From NCBI GenBank assembly GCA_018670085.1, contig JABHRS010000036.1, forward strand, positions 682 through 64,681: DNA of 64,000 nucleotides. Direction: 5' to 3'. This document shows, one piece after another, positions 63,892-64,000 of the stretch. Made by a program: the position numbers and the translations under genes. This stretch comes from an archaeon. Lineage in GTDB: Archaea; Nanobdellota; Nanobdellia; Woesearchaeales; GW2011-AR9. Under the pieces are notes generated by a model. That model worked only from the letters and a program-made list of their open reading frames with translations. It ran no database searches and was not told the origin of the DNA. Position 1 is the first letter of the stretch. Every line of letters starts with the position of its first letter.

Positions 63892-64000
63892 AATGGCAGC
63901 AAGAAAAAAGAGTACGCGTAAGCGTGCAAAAAAAACTAGTGCTAAAAAAAGATCAACTGCTCGAAGGGCTCCAGCTCCAGCAATGGTAATGGCTCCTGCT
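63892..64000 (+). CDS. Highly basic protein, 3' end outside the window
   Basis: TATA box tttaaata and SD GAGGTGAT lie upstream. The sequence MAARKKSTRKRAKKTSAKKRSTARRAPAPA... runs off the window. Confidence 0.5.

Overview
This is an AT-rich, gene-dense archaeal chromosome fragment using the standard genetic code. Core genes are clearly archaeal. They include TFE, Hjc, RNase Z, prefoldin beta, RpoP (below the ORF-track cutoff, found by hand), eL43, archaeal-type TyrRS, a DRG GTPase and a complete A1Ao ATP synthase operon in the order H-I-K-E-C-F-A-B-D. PCNA, a HerA-like ATPase, ABCE1, Hef, geranylgeranyl reductase, tRNA-Pro(UGG) and tRNA-Thr(CGU) are also present. Lys-rich tails on conserved proteins, giant acidic Cys-rich surface proteins and sparse biosynthesis suggest a small-genome DPANN-like archaeon, but that is inference only. 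Many genes have a TATA box about 30 nt upstream of the ATG (leaderless-type), which let me trim several over-extended ORF-track starts. Surface-protein genes and internal ATPase cistrons instead carry strong GGAGGTG-type Shine-Dalgarno sites. No CRISPR array, rRNA, transposase or integrase was seen. The best candidates for something new are these. (1) A covarying hairpin element sits exactly 12 nt upstream of the TATA boxes of two DNA-repair genes, hjc and hef, which lie 43 kb apart. (2) A 155-nt GC-rich multi-helix RNA candidate lies next to rnz. (3) A glutamine-amidotransferase/asparagine-synthase protein is fused to a Dph6-like diphthine-ammonia ligase. (4) A bacterial-type Lgt occurs together with several lipobox proteins. 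(5) A DsbA-like oxidoreductase sits next to an unclassified CPSC membrane protein, in a window full of Cys-rich exoproteins. (6) A same-strand surface-protein cluster at 53.6-62.4 kb includes a protein with an OMP-like beta-barrel C-terminal half and a gene bracketed by perfect 39-bp direct repeats. All functional calls rest on motifs read by eye; no database search was run.
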